From: an uncultured Acidobacteriota bacterium
GTDB taxonomy: Bacteria; Acidobacteriota; Terriglobia; UBA7540
NCBI GenBank assembly: GCA_963804995.1
Contig: CAWDSK010000006.1
Location: 704,001 to 768,000 of the forward strand
Length of the DNA: 64,000 bases
Direction: 5' to 3'
Positions 10,046-19,335 of the stretch are shown here, piece after piece (position 1 is the first letter of the stretch; each line of letters opens with the position of its first letter). Made by a program: the position numbers and the translations under genes. The notes under the pieces were generated by a model that was not told the DNA's origin, made no database searches, and worked only from the letters and a program-made list of their open reading frames with translations.

Positions 10046-13000
10046 TTAGAAAATAAACTTCATCCCCAACTGCACGATACGCGGCTGCCAAGCCCCGCTG
10101 ACTTGGCCATTCTGATAGTTATTAGCGTTTCCGCTGCAGGGGGCGCCGAACGGAGTCTCCCCCCCGCAGAAGGCGTTGACCCCGTTCCACTGTGGATGGT
10201 TGAAGGTGTTGAAGGTTTCCAGACGGAACTGGAACGTGGAGTGTTCACCGTTAAACCAGGGCGCCTGGAAATCCTTCAGCAAGGCCATATCCCAGTTGTT
10301 CCGCCCCGGTCCCGTCAGGACGTTGCGCCCTTCATAGCCGAACATGCCAGGTTCGCCGTTGGAATAGTACTGCGACAGATACGGCTGCTGGAGCATGGCC
10401 GGGTTAAACCAGGTGGGCGTGGGGCCAAACTGCGTATCGGTCATATCCACACCCTTCTGGATTTTGAGCGGTCCCAGGGTGTTGCACTGCATTCCCCTGC
10501 CCACTCCGTTGCTGAATCCGGTTTCGCCACATGAGATATTCACGGGGGTGCCGGTGAAGAAGCTGGTGATGCCGCTGATCTTCCAGCCGCCCATCCCTGA
10601 CCTCAGGAAAGCACTTGAGGCATGCCGGAAGAACGGCAACTCATAGGTGTAATTCAGCACCAGCACCTGGGTACGGTTGACGTCACCATTGGCTCTCCAG
10701 CGGGACGGATTAGTGTTGTCCACGCCATAATTCGCAACATAGCCGGTGGCGGTATCGATGGCGTGCGACCAGGTGTACGCCCCCTGGAAGGTGAGCCCAT
10801 GCCCGATAGCGTGCCGGTAATTGACCTGTAGGGATTCGTAATTGGATATGGCTGAGTACTCAAGCCAGTTGAGGTACCCGAAGCCCTGATAGGTGTTGAA
10901 GTAGATGGAGGGAAACTCCTGGCTGATCAAGACATTCTGCACGTTGCAAGTGCCGGAGGCATCGCAGTTGGGCTGATTCGCCAGGATCGGAACATTCTGG
11001 GTCCCGGCGCCATCGGGAATTTGATTCAGGTTGCGACTGTGACCCAGATGACGCCCCTGGGTACCCACCCAGCCTACGCTCAGGAAGTTACCCCCCGTGA
11101 ACTCGTGCTGCACGGTGAAGTTGTACTGCATGATCATGGGGATAGCCTGGTGGGGAGGGAAGGCTCCGATGCCCGTCGGAGACAAGGGACCGGCGACAAT
11201 GTTCTCATACCCCAGTATGTTATTCGCGACCGGGGCTATGACTGCGGGCGGACCGCCATTAGTTTCTCCCGCACTGACCTCGAGGCCCGCGTTCCAATCG
11301 TGGTAGACACCGAAACCCCCACGGACCGAGGTTTTGCCGTTGCCCTTCGGGTCAAAGGCAAAGCCGAAGCGCGGCGCCCAGGTAAAGCGGTCCGGGTAGC
11401 TGCACCCCAGGGGCTCTGATCCCACCCCGCAGATCGCCAACCCGTTCCCAGGCGACGTGTAGAAGTGACCGCTGCCCGGGATTAGATAGCCGTTAATATC
11501 GATTTTCGGCGCGTCCGCTGGATTAAATTGGCTGGGGTTAAAGGTCGTGGCGTGTTCAGGGTTGTCAATGTTGTGATACATCTGGGTCCATGTGTACCGT
11601 ACTCCCAGATTCAGGGTCAGCCGGCGTTCCACCTTCCAGTCATCCTGGAAGTAGAACTCAACTTGTTTCCACCGGTCGTGATTCTCGCCCCACCCGCCCA
11701 AGGCGGTTCCGGTCACATAGTTGTAAGGCGTTCCTTCCGCATACGTCTGGATGCGGCCCAGGTACATGTCCGCCAGCGCGTTGCCGGATGTGATCGGACC
11801 TCCGCCTGTAAACGAGAAGGAGCCTTGGGGATCCGTATACTGCTGGAGTGTGTCATCGAAATAATCCTGGAATAAGAAACCTGTCTTCAAGGTCTGCTTT
11901 CCCAGGTTAATGATCAGATTGTCCTTCGGGGTAATGATCGGTAACGAATTGTGGTACTTGGGGTTCGAACCGGCGTCTTCGTAGAAGCTGAACCCCGTCC
12001 CGCCACCCACGGACACGCCAGGGAGGACATTGTAGGCGGCGTTAACCGGAAAGATGGGCACTACGCTCCAGGTGGACGGCTTCAGAATCGATCCCGAGGG
12101 CGAACCTGGACCCGGCTGAACACTAATCCAGTGCGCGTCATTGTTAAACGCCAGGATGACCTCATTCATCACGGTGGGTTTGAAGGTGTGAGTAAGGTGC
12201 AGCACGGCGTTCTTGGCGGGCACCCGGAAAGGGCTGGCGATGGTGTCGTAACTCGCCCCGGTCCAGAGCGCGGGAGTGAGGGTCTCGCTCCAGGAGTCCA
12301 GCGTAAAGCGCAGGAACAGCGCCGTCTTTTCGTTGATGTTCTGGTCCACACGGCCTACTTCCTGCTGCCAGTCTTGGGGAACAATGGGAGCTTTCAAGTA
12401 GCCCTTCACACCATTGTTGGGCAAGGGAACCAGAGCGCTGATGATGGCTTGCGCGTTGGGGTTGATGGGTACGGTGTCCCCTGCGAACGGCAGACCGGTG
12501 ACAGGGTTGGTGGGTACGACGCACCCGGAAGCGGCCACGGCGTTATAATTCGCCGAAGCATGGTCGCATTCGCTGAAGTCCCCTTGTCGCATGCGCACGG
12601 TCGGGGCATTCGATGAGATGACCGACCCCTCACGGTACCTGGCCCAATTTTGCGACCAGAAGAAGAACGTCTTGGACTTGTCGGTATTGTAGTGGTGTGG
12701 GATGTAGAACGGCCCGCCGAAGGTGAAGCCAGGGAGATTCCACTTCAGAGGCGTCTTGGGCGCATTACCGCCGGCCGGAGCTATTTCCCGGTTCGCAAAC
12801 CAGTCGTTCGCATCCATATGGTCGTTGCGCACAAATTCAAAGGCGTCACCATGGAAATTCTTTGTCCCTGACTTGGTGACCACCTGGATGTTCGCGCCGG
12901 CATACACGCCAGTGTCCGCGCCGTAGTTCGAGGTGGAGATGCGGAATTCGGCGATGGAATCGAGAGCAGGTACGGTGCCGCCCCCCACTCCGCCGCTGCT

Positions 13001-13660
13001 GGCGTCGTTGTTCTGGGCCCCGTCCACTTCGCCGTTGTTGTAGTAACTGCGAGTTCCGTTAAAGGAGATATCGGGGCTGGCCAGATGCCCCATGTGAGAC
13101 ACGTCGAAATCATTATTCACGGCGCCACCTGGGGTCAGGACGGTAAGGGCCATGAAGTTGCGTCCCACCAGGCTCAGGTCTTGGATTTGTGTCCCGGTCA
13201 CCATGTCGGAAACCGTGGCGTTCTCGGTTTCAACCTTGGTGATGTTACCGGTGACGGAAATTTCCTGCGTGGTCTGTCCGAGAATCAGTTGCAGGTCGAC
13301 ACGCAGAGTTTGGCCTACCTCCAAGGTGATTCCTGAGCGCACCAGCTTTTGAAAGCCGGTGGCTTCCACTGTGACCACATAGTCGCCGATGGGAATTTTG
13401 GCAGCTACGTACTCACCCGCAGAGTTAGTTACCAGATCGCGAGTGAAGCCTTTGATAGGATTCGCAACCTGTACTTTGGCATTGGGGATGGCAGCATTAG
13501 TGGGATCGGTAACCGCGCCCACCAATGTCGCTTCCTGCGCCCATCCTGCGGCCGGCAAGAACAAAACCAGGGCCAAGATAAATAAGCCCGCCTTTCCGAT
13601 GGCACCTGCCGGAGACAGACATGGGTGCGCCTTCTCAAGCCGCTGAGATTTGTGCTCCAT
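10046..13660 (-). CDS. TonB-dependent receptor, Oar-like, with N-terminal carboxypeptidase-regulatory-like domain
   Basis: 1204 aa; signal peptide; GAVTDPTNAAIPNAKV; KSGTKNFHGDAFEFVRND; YFQDDWKV...LTLNLGVRY; C-terminal PRIVQLGMKFIF. Confidence 0.93.
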   Translation of the reverse strand: MEHKSQRLEKAHPCLSPAGAIGKAGLFILALVLFLPAAGWAQEATLVGAVTDPTNAAIPNAKVQVANPIKGFTRDLVTNSAGEYVAAKIPIGDYVVTVEATGFQKLVRSGITLEVGQTLRVDLQLILGQTTQEISVTGNITKVETENATVSDMVTGTQIQDLSLVGRNFMALTVLTPGGAVNNDFDVSHMGHLASPDISFNGTRSYYNNGEVDGAQNNDASSGGVGGGTVPALDSIAEFRISTSNYGADTGVYAGANIQVVTKSGTKNFHGDAFEFVRNDHMDANDWFANREIAPAGGNAPKTPLKWNLPGFTFGGPFYIPHHYNTDKSKTFFFWSQNWARYREGSVISSNAPTVRMRQGDFSECDHASANYNAVAASGCVVPTNPVTGLPFAGDTVPINPNAQAIISALVPLPNNGVKGYLKAPIVPQDWQQEVGRVDQNINEKTALFLRFTLDSWSETLTPALWTGASYDTIASPFRVPAKNAVLHLTHTFKPTVMNEVILAFNNDAHWISVQPGPGSPSGSILKPSTWSVVPIFPVNAAYNVLPGVSVGGGTGFSFYEDAGSNPKYHNSLPIITPKDNLIINLGKQTLKTGFLFQDYFDDTLQQYTDPQGSFSFTGGGPITSGNALADMYLGRIQTYAEGTPYNYVTGTALGGWGENHDRWKQVEFYFQDDWKVERRLTLNLGVRYTWTQMYHNIDNPEHATTFNPSQFNPADAPKIDINGYLIPGSGHFYTSPGNGLAICGVGSEPLGCSYPDRFTWAPRFGFAFDPKGNGKTSVRGGFGVYHDWNAGLEVSAGETNGGPPAVIAPVANNILGYENIVAGPLSPTGIGAFPPHQAIPMIMQYNFTVQHEFTGGNFLSVGWVGTQGRHLGHSRNLNQIPDGAGTQNVPILANQPNCDASGTCNVQNVLISQEFPSIYFNTYQGFGYLNWLEYSAISNYESLQVNYRHAIGHGLTFQGAYTWSHAIDTATGYVANYGVDNTNPSRWRANGDVNRTQVLVLNYTYELPFFRHASSAFLRSGMGGWKISGITSFFTGTPVNISCGETGFSNGVGRGMQCNTLGPLKIQKGVDMTDTQFGPTPTWFNPAMLQQPYLSQYYSNGEPGMFGYEGRNVLTGPGRNNWDMALLKDFQAPWFNGEHSTFQFRLETFNTFNHPQWNGVNAFCGGETPFGAPCSGNANNYQNGQVSGAWQPRIVQLGMKFIF

Positions 13661-13728
13661 AAGTCACACTCCTTTAGGTTAGATAGACCCGACGCTTGAC
13701 GCAAAGACAACCAAGGCTGGTCGCCTAA

Positions 13729-15743
13729 CCTGCCTTTCGCACTTCCACCCGCTACCGGGCTGATTTTGGCAGCTTGCGGTGCACAAGGTCTTTGCCTTCA
13801 ATGGGCGCGGGTTGAAGAGTGCTTGTAGGCCCGACCTACCCTCTTTTCTGGGGCGCGAAGGTCTGGCATTCTGGGGCGTGCACCTGAAGATTCATCGACG
13901 CAAAAAGGACGGCAAGGAACATCGTTATTTCAGCATCGTCGAGAGTCGGCGCGTGTCGCGCTCGAAGGTCGTGCATCGGACGGTGCTGTATCTGGGCGAA
14001 ATCAACGACAGCCAACAATCCGCGTGGCGCAAGACGCTGGAGGTTTTTGACGAGGACCGTCGCGTCCTCGCGTCCCTGAGCCTCTTCCCGGAGGACCGCG
14101 AACTTCCTGCGGATGCTGTGGACGGCGTACAAGTGAAGTTGAGTGAAATGCGCGTTGAGCGGCCGCGCACCTTCGGTGGCTGTTGGTTGGGCTGCGAGCT
14201 GTGGCGCCAGTTGAAGCTGGACGAGTTCTGGCAGGCGAGGTTGCCGGAAGGGCGCGAGGGAGTTCCGTGGGAGAAGGTGCTACGGCTGCTGGTGGTGAAC
14301 CGGTTGATCGAGCCGGGCAGCGAATTCCGTGTGCATCGGCACTGGTTCGATCAGACCGCCATGGCCGAGTTGCTGGCAGTGAACTTCGCGGTGGCCGAGA
14401 AGGACCGGCTCTATCGTTGTCTGGATCGAATACTGGCGCACAAGGCGGAGTTGTTCCAGCACCTGCGGCTGCGGTGGCAAGACCTCTTTGCGGCGCGCTT
14501 TGATCTGCTCCTCTACGATCTCACCAGCACCTATGTGGAAGGAGAGGCGGAAGCGATTCCCAAAGCCCGCCACGGTTACAGCCGGGACGGGCGGTTCGAC
14601 TGTCGGCAGGTGGTGATCGCCCTGGTGCTGACGCCGGAAGGTTTCCCGCTGGCCTACGAAGTGATGGAGGGGAATACTTCCGACCGGAACAGCTTGCGCG
14701 GTTTTCTGGACAAGATCGAGAGCGTGTACGGCAAGGCACGGCGGGTGTGGATGATGGATCGGGGAGTTCCCAGTGAAGAACTGCTGGCGGAGATGCGCAC
14801 CCCGGGGCGGGAGATGTTTTACCTGGTGGGGACGCCACGGGGCAAGATCCGGCAGTACGAAGCGAAGTGGACGGAACTGCCGTGGCGGAAGGTGCGCGAG
14901 TCGGTAGAGGTGAAACTGTTCGCGGAGGAAGGCGAGTTGTATGTGCTGGCGAAGAGCGCAGGCCGCCAGGCGAAAGAGATGGCCATCCGTCGACGCAAGC
15001 TGGCACGGCTGTTGTGGAGGCTGCGGGCCTTGCGGCGCGTGTGTCCGACGCGTGATGCGTTGCTGATGAAGATCGGAGCAGCCAAGAGTGAAGCCGGACG
15101 GGCCTTCGGTTTCGTGAAGATCAGCGTGCCCAAGGCCCAGGAAGAAGTGACTCGCCAGACCTTCCAGTTCCGGCTCGAGCGCAGCAAGTTGGAGGAAGCG
15201 GAGCGGCGCGATGGACATTATCTGTTGCGCACCAATCTGACGGGGGAAAATCCCGAGGTGTTGTGGGACCGCTACATGCAACTGGCGCAGATCGAAGCGG
15301 CCTTTAAGTGTTTGAAGAGTGAGCTGGGAATTCGGCCGATTTATCATCAAATAGAACATCGCGTCGAGGCCCACATCCTCATTGCCTTTCTGGCGTACGG
15401 CTTGTGGGTGACGCTGAAACAGCGTCTGCAGGCCCACGCTCCGGGCCTGACGCCGAAAGCGGTGCTGGAGAAGCTGGCGGGCATGCAGATGCTCGATGTG
15501 TCTTTCCCGACCACGGATGGGCGCCGATTAGTGATGCCCCGCTACACCGAGCCGACACCCGAACAAAAGCTCCTGTTGCACGAACTGCAGCTCGTGCTCC
15601 CCACTCAGCCACCGCCCAGGATCACGGTCCAGCCGGAAATCTTTCCTGCTGGAATGCTGCGTTTGTAGGCCAGACCTTGGCAATGCCTGTACTGAAAAGA
15701 AGCGAGTTAACCCAACTCAACACCCTGAAGTGCGAAAGTTCGG
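13729..15743 (+). mobile_element. IS1634-family insertion sequence, 2015 bp
   Basis: 17-bp imperfect TIRs cctgcctttcgcacttc (13729-13745) and gaagtgcgaaagttcgg (15727-15743); CTAA direct repeats at 13725-13728 and 15744-15747. Confidence 0.88.
13878..15668 (+). CDS. IS1634-family DDE transposase
   Basis: Probable GTG start, MHLKIHRRKKDGKEHRYFSIVESRR; LLYDLTSTYVEG, HGYSRDGR, WMMDRG, QIEAAFKCLKSELGIRPIYHQ. Confidence 0.92.
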   Translation: MHLKIHRRKKDGKEHRYFSIVESRRVSRSKVVHRTVLYLGEINDSQQSAWRKTLEVFDEDRRVLASLSLFPEDRELPADAVDGVQVKLSEMRVERPRTFGGCWLGCELWRQLKLDEFWQARLPEGREGVPWEKVLRLLVVNRLIEPGSEFRVHRHWFDQTAMAELLAVNFAVAEKDRLYRCLDRILAHKAELFQHLRLRWQDLFAARFDLLLYDLTSTYVEGEAEAIPKARHGYSRDGRFDCRQVVIALVLTPEGFPLAYEVMEGNTSDRNSLRGFLDKIESVYGKARRVWMMDRGVPSEELLAEMRTPGREMFYLVGTPRGKIRQYEAKWTELPWRKVRESVEVKLFAEEGELYVLAKSAGRQAKEMAIRRRKLARLLWRLRALRRVCPTRDALLMKIGAAKSEAGRAFGFVKISVPKAQEEVTRQTFQFRLERSKLEEAERRDGHYLLRTNLTGENPEVLWDRYMQLAQIEAAFKCLKSELGIRPIYHQIEHRVEAHILIAFLAYGLWVTLKQRLQAHAPGLTPKAVLEKLAGMQMLDVSFPTTDGRRLVMPRYTEPTPEQKLLLHELQLVLPTQPPPRITVQPEIFPAGMLRL

Positions 15744-16021
15744 CTAATGACTTAAGTAATCCCCTTCGTGCGGGTGTGCTTCCTCTTACCCGCCTTCCAG
15801 TGACCCACTACTCCACTCCCTGAACTGATGGGCTCCCGAGAGGCCCGGCACCCTAACCCCGGGATGAAGCTTTCAATTGATTTGTCGCCCGCTCCGACGG
15901 AGGAGTGCGTCCATGAGCAAACGACAACGGGTGTGCGTCTGCCCTCCCTGATTTTGCGAGTTTCCTGCCGCCAGCCTTATCCTGGCGGATCGCTACGTTC
16001 TTGTGTGTTAACCGACCACCA

Positions 16022-16063
16022 AATTATGAGCGGTGTTTACAACACTATTGAGGGAGTTGTCAA
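16022..16063 (-). promoter_or_regulatory. Possible sigma70 promoter with LacI-like operator for the TonB receptor
   Basis: Minus-strand TTGACA (16063-16058) with only a weak -10; overlapping aattatgagcggtgtttacaa resembles lac-type operators. Confidence 0.3.
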
Positions 16064-16241
16064 GAGTTTTTGTGGATCGTTTTTGTGAATCGCCTTTTTG
16101 AGTGGCTATGATAGCGCCAGTGGTGGCCCACTTGGCGTTTTGCGCTTTGAGTCTTAGCTTTTTTATGCCTCTTTGCTCCGCTACTTGCTCCTCATTTTGT
16201 TCCTGGGTGACCCCCTAACCTGCTGACCCCTGTACTTGGGA

Positions 16242-16292
16242 GTCTGCGATGTCCTGAAGGGACAGGTAAGAGCCAGCGGGTCACCCCAGCCG
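16242..16292. repeat. 51-bp perfect direct repeat, copy 1 (REP arm, spacer and last codons of RAYT)
   Basis: gtctgcgatgtcctgaagggacaggtaagagccagcgggtcaccccagccg, identical to 18237-18287. Confidence 0.92.
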
Positions 16293-16304
16293 CAAAGGCT
16301 GGCG

Positions 16305-18217
16305 GTTGCGGTAGGGATACCGGTTACCCGGTACCCCCCGCACGGATCCGTACGTGCGCTGGTTAGCGCATACGGCTCTTATCTCGGATGTGTGGCGGCG
16401 AACCGTTGGGATGGCCAAGGATGCACAACGTGCGGAGCAGGCAACCAGCAGGCCGCAAGCTTCCCCAGTCGGTCCCAGTTGAGGCGGTGGCGTTGACTGC
16501 GTTGACGCAGTTGCGTTCGCCACAGTCGGGTCAACCGTTCCCGAAAGATTCGCAGGCGGTCGAGGTTTCCCGGTACCGCGTGATAGTTGAAGTAGCCTTG
16601 CACGACCGACCGGAGCCATTTACCCGTATCCGCGATGGGATCGTGCCGACGCTGCCGGAGTTGTTGCTTGAGTTCCTGCAACTTCCCCCGCAGGCGCTTG
16701 CTGATCGTCTTCCGCTTCACGGTAAATTGCCCCCTCCGGTTCTTCCCGCTGATATGCGTGAAGCCCAGAAAGTCGAACGTCTCCGGCTTACCTTCTCCTC
16801 TCCGTTTCCGGTAAAGTTCGGCAAACGGCCCGAACTCAATCCGGCGCGTTTTGTCAGGATGCAGTTCCAATCCAAACTTCCCCACCCGCTCCCGGAAATC
16901 CTCCAGAAAGCGGTCGGCTTCCGTCTGCGATTGGAATCCAAGGACCGTATCGTCGGCATACCGCACCACGACCACGTCTCCCCGGGCGTGCTTCTTGCGC
17001 CACGCCTGCACCCACAGGTCAAAGACGTAGTGCAGATAGATATTCGCCAGCAGGGGCGAGACCACCGCCCCTTGTGGCGTACCCATCTCCGTCTCCGACC
17101 ATTCGCCTTCCTCCCTCACCCCGGCTTTCAGCCATTTCTGGATGAGCCGGAGAATCCGGGGGTCGGCGACGCGATGCTGCACGAACTTGAGCATCCATTC
17201 GTGGGATATCGAATCGAAAAATCCACGAATGTCCGCGTCAAGAACGTAGTTCACGTGCTTCACCGTGAGCGCGTACGAGAGCGCGTCCAGCGCTTGATGC
17301 TGGCTGCATCCCGGTCGAAAGCCATACGAGAAGCCCAGAAAGTCTTCCTCGTAAATCGCATTGAGGATGGTGACCACGGCCTGTTGGACGATCTTGTCCT
17401 CCAGTGCCGCAACCCCCAACGGACGTTGCCGCCCGTCGCCTTTCGGGATATACGCCCTTCGCGAGGGCTTCGCTCGGAATGCTCCACGGTGGACCCGGCT
17501 GTGCAGATCGACGAGTCGACCTTCCAGCCCGCTTTCATACTCCTGCCACGTCATGCCGTCTACTCCCGGTGCAGCTTTTCGCTTCAAGGCGTAAAAGCTT
17601 TCCCGCAGCAGATCGACCGTTAAGTGGTGGAGCAAGGCCGTGAACTTCATCTCCCTGTGTTCCTTCGCGGCTTTCCGCACACCCGCGAGTCCCTGGGACA
17701 CGCGTGCCCCGCTCTGTGTCGGGTGCGTGTTAGGCCAACGGGTGTTCTCCTTGATCAGCGGCCTTCCCTCCTCATTCTCCGCCAACGGCTTCCCGTCTTT
17801 GTTCAAATGATTCATCGGTACTGTTCCGCTGTCCGACTCCTCGAGAGCGTGCAGGCGGGCTGTACGGCCATCGCCTTTTCCCGCCGTCCGGCCACGATCT
17901 ACGGCGGCCGGCGCCTCCGAGGTCTCCCGGTTCTCGTGCAGAAAGTGTCTAGGCGTGTCTGGGGTCTACGACTACGCAGGACTGTGCCGGAACTCGCGTT
18001 GGCGTCCCGGCCTCATGTTGCCTTCCGTTTAGTCTGAAAACGTCGGCGTCCTGATTGGACATTTTCGAAGCTCAATACCCAGCCCACCTATTCCCCTGTT
18101 TACGCTTCACCGTGCGCCTCACGACGCCCAGCGCAAAACTCGGGGCCGAGTGGATCGCTACTCCTTCCTCGTGAGAAATTTTCATTCTCTGCTTTCTGCC
18201 GGTTTATCCCGGCGCAC
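16305..18217 (-). mobile_element. Group II intron, 1913 nt, full length, no endonuclease domain (probably bacterial class E)
   Basis: 5' end GUGCG at 18217; domain V gagccguaugcgcuaaccagcgcacguacggauccgugcgggggg and domain VI ending ...cccuaccgcAAC at 16305; RT ORF inside; removing it restores an R1 REP. Confidence 0.92.
16379..17815 (-). CDS. ltrA: Group II intron reverse transcriptase/maturase
   Basis: AAPGVDG, RPLGVAALEDKIVQ, SYGFRPG, LDADIRGFFD, GTPQGAVVSPLLANIYLH, YADD, FDFLGF, X domain GYFNYHAVPGN; no HNH tail. Confidence 0.95.
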   Translation of the reverse strand: MNHLNKDGKPLAENEEGRPLIKENTRWPNTHPTQSGARVSQGLAGVRKAAKEHREMKFTALLHHLTVDLLRESFYALKRKAAPGVDGMTWQEYESGLEGRLVDLHSRVHRGAFRAKPSRRAYIPKGDGRQRPLGVAALEDKIVQQAVVTILNAIYEEDFLGFSYGFRPGCSQHQALDALSYALTVKHVNYVLDADIRGFFDSISHEWMLKFVQHRVADPRILRLIQKWLKAGVREEGEWSETEMGTPQGAVVSPLLANIYLHYVFDLWVQAWRKKHARGDVVVVRYADDTVLGFQSQTEADRFLEDFRERVGKFGLELHPDKTRRIEFGPFAELYRKRRGEGKPETFDFLGFTHISGKNRRGQFTVKRKTISKRLRGKLQELKQQLRQRRHDPIADTGKWLRSVVQGYFNYHAVPGNLDRLRIFRERLTRLWRTQLRQRSQRHRLNWDRLGKLAACWLPAPHVVHPWPSQRFAATHPR

Positions 18218-18236
18218 CAGACCCCCGTACTTTGGG

Positions 18237-18287
18237 GTCTGCGATGTCCTGAAGGGACAGGTAAGAGCCAGCGGGTCACCCCAGCCG
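18237..18287. repeat. 51-bp perfect direct repeat, copy 2
   Basis: Identical to 16242-16292; overlaps the RAYT stop at 18276-18278. Confidence 0.92.
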
Positions 18288-18827
18288 ATCCATACGCAGG
18301 ATCGACGCATCCTGCAAGAAGTAAAACCTCCAACTCGACCACGGCCAATCCCCCGGCGAACTAACCAGCCCGCGCTTCACCGGGTTGTTATGCATGTAGT
18401 TTAATTTCTCCTGCCGTTTCTCATCGCTGCAAATCTCGAATGGGTAGAATCGGCGCTGCCAGAGGCGGCAGTGCGACTCGTCATGGACCGTGGGTGGCAG
18501 CCGCAGGCGCGTCTGCATCTTCCGGCACCAGGGATACTGCGGGTTCTCCTGAAGTGTTTTGAGGATGCGCGTGGCCGTTTGCTCCTTCAGCCCCTTCAGG
18601 ATCACAGGAGTAGTTTCGGCGGGCTGCGGCAGGAGAAGCAAATGGAAGTGATCGGGCATCAGTACCCAACCGAGGAGCAGGAATTTAAACTCTTGCCTCA
18701 CCTCGTCGAGCCTTTGGACAAAATAGCGGCGAAAGCGGTCAGAAAGGAAGAGGGGCGCGCGCCGATAGGTGCTGGCGGTGATGAATTGGAGGTGGCCCGG
18801 GGTGTAAGTGCGCTCGTAGAATGGCAT
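18276..18827 (-). CDS. REP-associated tyrosine transposase (RAYT / TnpA-REP, HUH Y1 family)
   Basis: 183 aa from ATG 18827; FITASTYRR, WVLMPDHFHLL (HUH), LWQRRFY, LNYMHNNPVKRGL, DWPWSS; flanked by inverted REP palindromes. Confidence 0.9.
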   Translation of the reverse strand: MPFYERTYTPGHLQFITASTYRRAPLFLSDRFRRYFVQRLDEVRQEFKFLLLGWVLMPDHFHLLLLPQPAETTPVILKGLKEQTATRILKTLQENPQYPWCRKMQTRLRLPPTVHDESHCRLWQRRFYPFEICSDEKRQEKLNYMHNNPVKRGLVSSPGDWPWSSWRFYFLQDASILRMDRLG

Positions 18828-18878
18828 TCTGCCGGAAAGTATACTCGTGCTAGTCCCTTGCTGGAAGAGTGCCCCTTT

Positions 18879-18919
18879 GGGACATCGCAGACCCCAAAGT
18901 GCGAGGGTCTGCGCCAGCC
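18879..18919 (+). repeat. REP palindrome, family R1, upstream of RAYT
   Basis: gggacatcgcagaccccaaagtgcgagggtctgcgccagcc; inverted relative to the intron-split copy (16297-16304 plus 18218-18250). Confidence 0.85.
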
Positions 18920-18978
18920 AGCCTGTCACTTCGTTTTCACTGGTGACCACCCGGCGCCCGGCACGGCGCGGCAAAATG

Positions 18979-19026
18979 CTCCCCTCCTAACTTTAGGAGG
19001 GGTGGCGCTCCGAGCGACGGGGTGGT
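18979..19026 (+). repeat. REP-like element, family R3
   Basis: ctcccctcctaactttaggaggggtggcgctccgagcgacggggtggt; recurs at about 33308-33354 and 39473-39544. Confidence 0.8.
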
Positions 19027-19335
19027 CTGTAATCCTGAAGAATGCATGCAAAACCAAGCTCTTCTAAACTGCACCATGACCCTGGAGGAAAAACGTCAGC
19101 CCGGTAAAATCCCGCGTGGGTGAAGTACGGCTGAGGTGGGACACCGGTTAATTGCAGGGGCACGGCCAGGGCGGTAGGGTCGCGGCCCGGGCGCGATTCG
19201 GCCGGGGTGGCAGCGACATTTTGGCGTCCCAGTTGCGCGGCTCCCAGGGGCTCCGCGGGCCTTGTCCCATCAAAAAGGCAGGCTTTGCTCCAGTCAGAGA
19301 AATTTTGACCCTGAGGTTCTCGCTCCGGCGCGGCG

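Noticed and set aside
15748..16030. Cobalamin or c-di-GMP riboswitch in the TonB receptor leader
   Set aside because: Only a short gtcactggaaggc resemblance on the minus strand; other conserved elements not seen. A covariance-model search would settle it.
16379..17815. Retron, DGR or defence reverse transcriptase
   Set aside because: It has an X domain and lies within complete group II intron ends; no template/variable repeat pair seen, and the Avd-like gene is 36 kb away.
16242..18287. 51-bp repeats as a target-site duplication or LTRs of the intron
   Set aside because: They do not abut the intron ends, and reverse splicing creates no duplication.
18828..18974. N-terminal extension of the RAYT ORF
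   Set aside because: It reads through the upstream REP; family-like sequence starts at ATG 18827. Similar over-extensions were trimmed for rhaT, cydA, DUF5107, moeA, glgA and ftsK.
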